Origin: Chrysomallon squamiferum
Lineage: Eukaryota > Animalia > Mollusca
DNA length: 64,000 nucleotides
Assembly (NCBI GenBank): GCA_012295275.1
Contig: CM022671.1
Coordinates: 23,932,001 to 23,996,000, forward strand
Direction of reading: 5' to 3'
Shown here: piece after piece, positions 56,796 to 64,000 of the stretch
Numbering within the stretch: position 1 is the first letter of the stretch
Layout of the letters: every line of letters starts with the position of its first letter
The notes under the pieces: generated by a model
Seen by the model: the letters and a program-made list of their open reading frames with translations, nothing else
What the model was told of the DNA's origin: nothing
The model's database searches: none
Made by a program: the position numbers and the translations under genes

Positions 56796-59035
56796 CAACA
56801 ACAACAACAACAAATAAATAAATAAACTGCAATATTATCGTTACCTCAGTCTGTAAAATATATATATTTGTTTCCTTTCCATATGAAATAAAGGGAAATA
56901 ATTCAGCCATTATTGCGTTCTTCTGGTCTTGTTATTTCTTTTTTTTTTTGTTCTTCTTTATTACAAGTAAACACAGCTTGCTAAAAATAAAACTCTTGAA
57001 AACGTGCAAAATGTATTTAGAGGTTTTGTACCATGACAAGTACTATTAAATTTACGTGTTATTTAAGCAAGTGTTAATTGTTTTGCAGGCGGGCCCGCTG
57101 TCGCTCCACTTGATGAGAGTGCAACGTGCAGCACGGCTCCTGTTGGACAGGATATGACGTACATAACATTTCAGTTCGGGCAGATCGAGTAAGCAGTATG
57201 ACAGAATTAATACAGAATAAATAATAATGTTATAAAATTATGAAAATTATGACATTTTTACAAAAATTTAAAAAATTAAAGAAATAATTAAGAATTGCTC
57301 TGTCAAAATACAAATAATAGAGATTTTAAAATTTGAATAGAAATAATATTAAAAGACAGATCATTTCGAGACTTTAGGTTGTTTTTTTCTGTTTCAATAA
57401 GTAATGCATCTTTAGTATATATAACATTGTACGCAGCATCATGATGTTTCCAAACCGCTATGAAGGGACTCGTCTAATGAAATCGACTGTTTTTTAAATA
57501 CAAACGTCACATACAAAGTATATTAACTAGCATTATCTTTTATTATAATTATCATCGTCATCATCATTAACATCATCATCATAATCATCATTCATTATTA
57601 TTATTTTATTGTTGTTGTTGTTGTTATTATTATTATTATTATTATTACTGACTGTTGTTATTATTATTAAATGTTTTTAAGATTATGCGATACAAAGAGA
57701 CGGGAAGCATTCTGCAGCAAGTCGAGATCTGCGCGGGAGCAGGAGGTGTTAAAGTTACAGGAGAGAATGACCGACACAGCTGGGTTTGGCAGACTACCTC
57801 GCCACGAAATACTGCCAGAGATCAAGTCTTGTCTCTTAGACGTGTGTGGAGGCTGCCCTGGTGCTGGTTGGTATAGTAACGTTACTACTACATAATACAC
57901 TCTCTGAAGTAAAAATCATCTTTATGTTTCCAAACTATGGGTTGGTATAGTAACGTTATTACTAAATAATATTCAGTCTGAAGTAAAAATCATCTTTATG
58001 TTTCCATACTATAGGTTGGTATAGTAACATTACTACTAAATAATATTCAGTCTGAAGTAAAAATCATCTTTATGTTTCCAAACTATGGGTTGGTATAGTA
58101 ACGTTATTACTAAATAATATTCAGTCTGAAGTAAAAATCATCTTTATGTTTCCAAACTATGGGTTGGTATATTGACGTTACTGAATAATATACTGTCTGA
58201 AGTAATGGTCATTTTTATGTTTCCATACTGTTGGTAAGTATAGTAACGTTACTGCTAAAAAATATATAGTCTGAAGTAAAAAATCATCTTTATGTTTCTA
58301 TACTATAGGCTTATATATAAAATTATTACTAAATGATATACTGTCAGAAATGAAATCATATTCGTAATAGTTCTTGTACTGTAGGCAAATAATGCATCTG
58401 AAATTAAATCCTCCAAAAGTGTCAAGTTTCGCGTTATGCATTAATTAATACTGTGGCGTTTTTAATATGCATATGGTTGGTATAATAAGAATATTATTTA
58501 GATATTTTACAAAAATATTATATAAATGGATTTAAATTTATTTTTTGATACAGCTTTGTATCATTCATCATATTTACTGAAAGTGTAATTAATGGTATAT
58601 CATTAATATATCTCTTCTTATTTCACGATTCACAGTTTTAGTATAAAAATAACGACAGATTTAAAGAAAAAGACTTTAAATACGAGAATAAAAGGCAACA
58701 CAGTGCGATAAATGATTTATTTTTTTAAATTTTATTATTAATATTATTATTTTTTAAGTTTTATTTTTGTATTTAGGACCAACATGGGACAAGAAAGTTA
58801 AGGCGTGTGCCATTATGGTTCACAAGTATCTTAGCAGAGCGGCAAGACCTTTTCCAGATCTGAGAAACAGAGCATCTTTCTACAACAGCGTGTCCACCGT
58901 TTCCAGCGTTCACTCCCTTGCGTGTCACGACGGCAGTGTCTGTGTAGAGTACGTGCAGTTACACTCCATATTAAGTAAGAATTTTTAAATTGTTCTTCTT
59001 CTTTTTCTTCTTCTTATGTGATTATTATTATGATT

Positions 59036-59076
<41 letters not shown>

Positions 59077-59212
59077 TATTATTATTATTATTATTATTAC
59101 TACTACTACTACTACTACTAAACATCGATATTTAATGATAACAATCATGGCAGTTAAATAATGAGTGTAATTTATAGATGTTGCCATTTTCCATTTATTT
59201 CATGTGATTTCA

Positions 59213-59269
<57 letters not shown>

Positions 59270-60454
59270 CTGAAATAGATAAGTAAAAAACACTTAAAAG
59301 ACTGAGGATACTGTAACTTCGCATTCACTCATTTTGTCACGGTTCTTTATGTTCGAAATAACTCGAACTGTTCAAAATATTTTTATACAGTTTCTTTCTA
59401 ACAACAAAAGAACATTATAAGTAAAAAACATATTTTCGTACTAGTGCCCCTGGTCACCTCCAGATACCGTCCAGACATTACACGAAGTCTAGAAGTCATG
59501 CTATTCAGCTCGGAACAAAATCCAGTTCCAGTGCTCGAATTGGTGGAACAAGAAATGGCGTACAAAGCCAGTGGAAAGGTCAAGGTCTACATAGAGGACG
59601 ATAAAGATGTCTCGTCATTGAGACACGTACTGAAGGTATAAGAGTCTACAAACATTAATATATGTAATAATATCTGATACTCTTTATTTTTATTGTCATT
59701 ATATAACACAAAAATCAACGATTTCTCTTCATTTTTTTTTTTTTTTTTTTTTACTTTATTGTTTTTCTTATTATTTTTATTATGCCACGGATTCATTAAC
59801 AATATTCGCTCACAGTGCAGTGTTGTTGTTTTTTTTGGTGTGTGTGTCAGCTCTGTAGAACTTAAAATATTTTGTTTGTTTTTATCTGCTCAGATGTGGA
59901 TATCCTTATTCTCCTGTAATAACCGAGGTTACATCATAGATAAAAATGTTCTATGTTGATTTTCTAGAACCAAAACTTACAAATGATTTATAGATCACTG
60001 AATTATTCGCCTCCGTAATCGTTACTTTCTCACACATATACGCACTCATTCATTATATAAAACTTAACGTTTATTTATTCAAATTATTTCTGTTCTGCAA
60101 TAAAAATTAACGCATGCTTCTTTCGAGAAAACATTTGAATAATTTTATGGACGGAAGGTTTCGTTGAATTTGTTACAGGTTTTAATGGTTTACAACAAGA
60201 ACGTTACTCAAATAGAGTTTCATGTAGCAGACGATCTGGATGACGATTTGATTGGTGCTGCAATTCAACGGAAGATTGACCTCTGGGCTAAAAACACGTG
60301 TCCCAAATGGAGCAGATTTGCAATAGCTCCGTATACGATTAGAGTTATTCCCCCTTCTCGGAAAAAGAGGAGTTTGGAGAGAAGTAAAGAGAGGAACGAA
60401 GTCAGATCTAAAATACACAACTGGGAAATGGAATGGCTTATGAAGCTGTTATAA
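46875..60454 (+). CDS. Predicted secreted protein (about 1,430 aa) with two Hedgehog-N domains, an M15-like domain and an ADP-ribosyl-cyclase-like C-terminus; about 20 exons
   Basis: Signal-peptide-like start MANVTKYCNVLVTVLLLCYLGSC. Phase-consistent GT-AG exons: 46875-47111, 47489-47691, 48279-48626, 49009-49066, 49384-49632, 50188-50364, 51694-51767, 51984-52119, 52640-52816, 53277-53477, 53916-54214, 54550-54698, 55144-55342, 55545-55629, 55884-56641, 57089-57188, 57682-57866, 58777-58974, 59444-59635 and 60179-60454 (ends within a few nt). No TM segment seen. Confidence 0.88.
52730..54140 (+). other. Hedgehog N-terminal signalling (hedge) domain 1
   Basis: SGRITRQDPRFK...NRIVSARM...VQAEWQG...LQVLEAWDE...GKHNSSSLHYEGRAA...GRLGELAVCAGFDYV...VAVK versus Shh EGKISRNSERFK...DRLMTQRC...VMNQWPG...LRVTEGWDE...GHHSEESLHYEGRAV...GMLARLAVEAGFDWV...CSVK. 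Confidence 0.92.
54580..56010 (+). other. Hedgehog N-terminal (hedge) domain 2, more diverged
   Basis: PSLKIGDTYPE...SETEMCGP...DVEFVED...TRMMSPRL...IKVLGSY...SELYREGRGI...DKLARHAICAGIEYVRY...YIECFV is collinear with domain 1 and with Shh-N. Confidence 0.85.
56160..56545 (+). other. Peptidase M15A/YcbK-like (LAS fold) domain, Zn ligands substituted
   Basis: VSEHYTMADI...FDHSLLECLELVSDDLGTVLEIVPGSAYRTRSTN...RFEAGQAVEV...GIGIG...RLYLDVRP matches the bacterial M15_3 pattern LS.HF...EF...ID..L...LE.LR...G..I.I.SGYR....N...S.H..G.AADI...GIG.Y...FVHID.R. Confidence 0.78.
57866..58310. repeat. About 72-bp minisatellite (about 6 copies) beginning at an exon/intron junction
   Basis: Unit ggttggtatagtaacgttattactaaataatattcagtctgaagtaaaaatcatctttatgtttccaaactat. 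The first copy starts at the G|GTTGGT donor. Confidence 0.9.
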
Positions 60455-60598
60455 AAGTCCAACAGATTTATCATAACAATCTATGCTTTACATAATGTGT
60501 TGACTTTTAATTAGATAACAATGAAACAATTTTCAATGTAAATGTTTTGTTACCGAACATAATTAAAATCAAAAGTCAAGAAAATCTTAATTTGACAT

Positions 60599-60701
<103 letters not shown>

Positions 60702-61405
60702 ATTTTCAGTTGTTTATTCAAAATTTTGTATATATTCATGAATACTCTGATATACATTTAACTTTTATAGGAAACATAATGTAATTGAATTAATCATTAT
60801 TTTAATGGGTATCAAATAACATCAAGATTTTTTCTCAAAATAAAACTGACGCCTCGAGCAGATATGTTTAATAATTTAAAACTGCTGCTGTGTGCGTGAT
60901 ACGTAGGAATTCTCTGCTTTGTTAAATAACCGAATTTTATATCTTCATCTTTATTTATGTTTTAACACTATATTTAAATGTTCCATAGCTATGTTGCCTA
61001 AATAAAGCTGCCAAAAAGCATTAATTTCCAAAAATTAGTAAAATGTGATACTATTATAAACTGACTCTATGTATTATTATCTGTGATTGTTAGGTTTTAA
61101 TATATAAAAAAAAAAAAAAAAAAAATATATATATAATAAAAAAAAAAAAAAAATAAGTATATATATATATATATATGGTGTAACTGAAAAGCAAAAATAA
61201 ATACTTCACTTAACGAGTACTGTTTTTATTATTATTATTATTATTATTATTAGAAATAAAGGTAATGTAACAGCTGGGTAAGAAATATAAACCAGGTTTC
61301 GTTACAGTATCAAAAAGCCTTTCAGTAAACAAACAAAACAAACAAATAATAAATAATAATTAAAGAAAAAAAAAAAAAAAAAATAAAAAAAGACATAAAA
61401 ACAAT

Positions 61406-61443
<38 letters not shown>

Positions 61444-62432
61444 AAAAAAAATATAAGTAAATAAAAACTAATAATAAAATAAAATAATTGTCTGGATATG
61501 TACTGTCACTAAATAAATAAAATCAAACGATAAATTATAACGAAATAGTAAACAACGGATAAATACATAATATTACAGAGAAGCACAAGGCGTCCACGCT
61601 TTTCCAATTCCTGAAACGTTTCTTATACAAATATTTCATAAACTTCTAATACTGTACATGAAGGGTTGTATTAATAATCTTTATTCATTAGATAAAAAGT
61701 GAAAAATAAAAATGACTTATAAAATATATAATTTGAGAACTCAGCTAGATAAAGAATTGCTGCAATATTTAATTTAAAAATATAGTTGTACTAAAACAAA
61801 ACTTGTTTCCCAAACTGACAGTTTATCGAAAGCAGTTCTGATTATAATGTAATTGTATGCATGTGTTACATAAAACTCCAGGATAATATATTACAGTAAA
61901 TTCCAAATAACAGTCCTCATCCTACATTCAGTATATTTTTCTGATTAAACACAGTAAAATAACAGTGAGCAGAAAATGTAATTTCAAGTCGTAAAAGTTT
62001 CCTCGTCTTCGAATGACAGATCCTTCAATATAAACAAATGAGTAATTCAGTTCCTTCTAACACGTTTGACAAAAAGGGCGGAAAAAACTGAAATTCAGGA
62101 TGGTTCAAAGAACCAATGAAATGCACAGTACTGTCTTGACCAATAACGTTTCCGATAATACAGTTAATTCAAATTGACTACAGTGAATCAGCCAATCACT
62201 ATAGAGAAAAATTAAATTCCATCCTCGTTTGTTGAGTACTTACTGTTTTGTCTAGGATATGAGATATATTTCTTTTACATGCTCTCCCCTTATTAGTTTT
62301 TTTTTTTTTTTTTTTTTTTTAACCGCTGATTTTCTCAGGGTTAGAATTATTTTCCTATTACCGGGATGTTAATATATCATAATGAATGTATGAAATTACT
62401 CGTATTAGTACTCAAATGATGAATTTACGAAA

Positions 62433-62967
62433 TTAATCGTATTTGTAATCTACGTTAACACCGGCAGCTTCGGCAGCAGCTGCACACGTTTTCTCTATCT
62501 CGTTACTCATTTCTTCAGAGAAATGGTTCTTCCAGTCTCCAGCAACGCCTAAAAAATGTAAATGATCACTGAGACAGGCAAGTTTGTTTTTCTTTAAGTC
62601 AGAGTTATAGTAGAAAAAAAATAGAAAAAAAAGAAAATATATATGGACATTTATGAAAGTTGGACAGTTGAAAGAAAGACAGGAAAACAACAACAACAAC
62701 AACGACAAAAAACACAATTTTTTTTTTTTTTAACCTTTTTACAAGTAGTCATAATTCAATAAAACAGCTGGGATGGAGACAGACATTCATTTTCGTTATA
62801 AAAATTAACGTATTGTTAGTAAATAACAGTTTATTTAATAATGGTAATGTTCTTGATGATGATGATACTGATGATGATGATAAATTTAATACGACGACGA
62901 TCAGAGATATATATGTAATGTGATCATTTAACAACTTCCTTAATACAACATACACAATATGGTATAA

Positions 62968-62999
<32 letters not shown>

Positions 63000-63182
63000 G
63001 TAACACACAGAATTAATTACCCTTTCTGTACAACGATTCACTATACTGGCGGGTTCCAGGATTTTCAGTTTTCTTCATCTTGGTGTTCGAAAACGAACAT
63101 TTATTTGGATCAGATCTAACCTTTCTTGTGTTATATTTACATTCAGAAACTCAGCTAATTTTCTCGTTTCTTCTCCCATGTT
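62433..63182 (-). CDS. Cytosolic sulfotransferase (SULT family), last two exons; gene continues past the right edge
   Basis: Exon 63021-63182 (ETRKLAEFL...CSFSNTK...LYRK) and exon 62433-62548 (GVAGDWKNHFSEEM) join to give the RKGxxGDWKxxF PAPS-binding motif. One apparent 1-nt frameshift at 63094-63096. Confidence 0.9.
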
Positions 63183-63554
63183 CTGTGCAAATAAGATTGG
63201 TTAGTTTACATAGAATATATTGACAGCACAAACTAACAATCTAAGAAAGAAAAAAAGAATAATAAAAATAAATAAATAAGAAAAGAAAAGAAAAGAAAAA
63301 GATTCGCAAAAATCTCATTGGCATGGTTAAGGTTATAATCGTGTCATTTTTTTTATAGAATTTATGAGTTTACAAAAATATCTGACTGCAGAAATTAAAA
63401 TGCAAAGTTAAATACTGAGATAACTTTATAGATGTTTTTCATATATTACGTTTTAGTGTGTGCCTTATGTTCATTTGAAATGTGAAATAAGGGTTGTACT
63501 GCATAAACAGACATTATTTGTATGTTTATCTGAGGGTGCACATGTTTATGTATT

Positions 63555-63588
<34 letters not shown>

Positions 63589-63710
63589 ACAGAAAATTTG
63601 ACAACAAATTCTGACATACAGAAAAAGGAAAGAGAGAGAGAGAGCCTTGATAATAGATAGATAGATAGATAGATAGAGGTAGAGAAAGTCCAACAGACAT
63701 AAAGACAGAC

Positions 63711-63846
<136 letters not shown>

Positions 63847-64000
63847 AAATTTCTAGAACGGATGATCAGGATGTTTTAATCTGAATGATTCCCAGATTAT
63901 TCCATGTTGTACAGGAGAACCAAACAACACTGAAGTATATATATATATATATATATTTATATATTTATATGTGTATATATAGTTCTGTATATACAAAAAC

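Noticed and set aside
57866-58310. Regular repeat array superficially like CRISPR
   Set aside because: The units are contiguous with no unique spacers, sit in a eukaryotic intron, and have no cas genes nearby.
46875-60454. Calling this gene hedgehog or hedgling
   Set aside because: It has no CGPGR N-terminus, no Hint/Hog domain, and no vWA, cadherin or TM segments, so no symbol is assigned.

Overview
This is AT-rich, microsatellite-dense, intron-rich animal genomic DNA. A lophotrochozoan, probably a mollusc, is my inference; it is not prokaryotic. I reconstructed four spliced genes by hand from GT-AG boundaries. (1) The 5' part of a Piwi-like gene (minus strand) runs off the left edge. (2) A giant predicted type-I membrane protein (minus strand, 45815->8075, about 46 exons, about 5,000 aa) has this order: signal peptide, vitellogenin/MTP-type lipid-transfer module, LECT2/peptidase-M23-like domain, Thr-rich/basic linker, PAN/apple domain, long FN3-like repeat array, Big_9/cadherin-like domain, TM helix, short tail. 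(3) Head-to-head with it, with start codons about 1.06 kb apart, is a predicted secreted protein (plus strand, 46875->60454, about 20 exons, about 1,430 aa). It carries two tandem Hedgehog-N ('hedge') domains, a peptidase-M15-like domain and a probable ADP-ribosyl-cyclase-like C-terminal domain, with no Hint/Hog domain. (4) The last two exons of a cytosolic sulfotransferase lie on the minus strand at the right end. The most notable feature is the divergent pair. Together the two genes carry all three branches of the LAS metallopeptidase group (lysostaphin/M23, D-Ala-D-Ala peptidase/M15, Sonic hedgehog N), each with an incomplete Zn-ligand set. All domain calls are by-eye motif comparisons against remembered family sequences, not HMM results.
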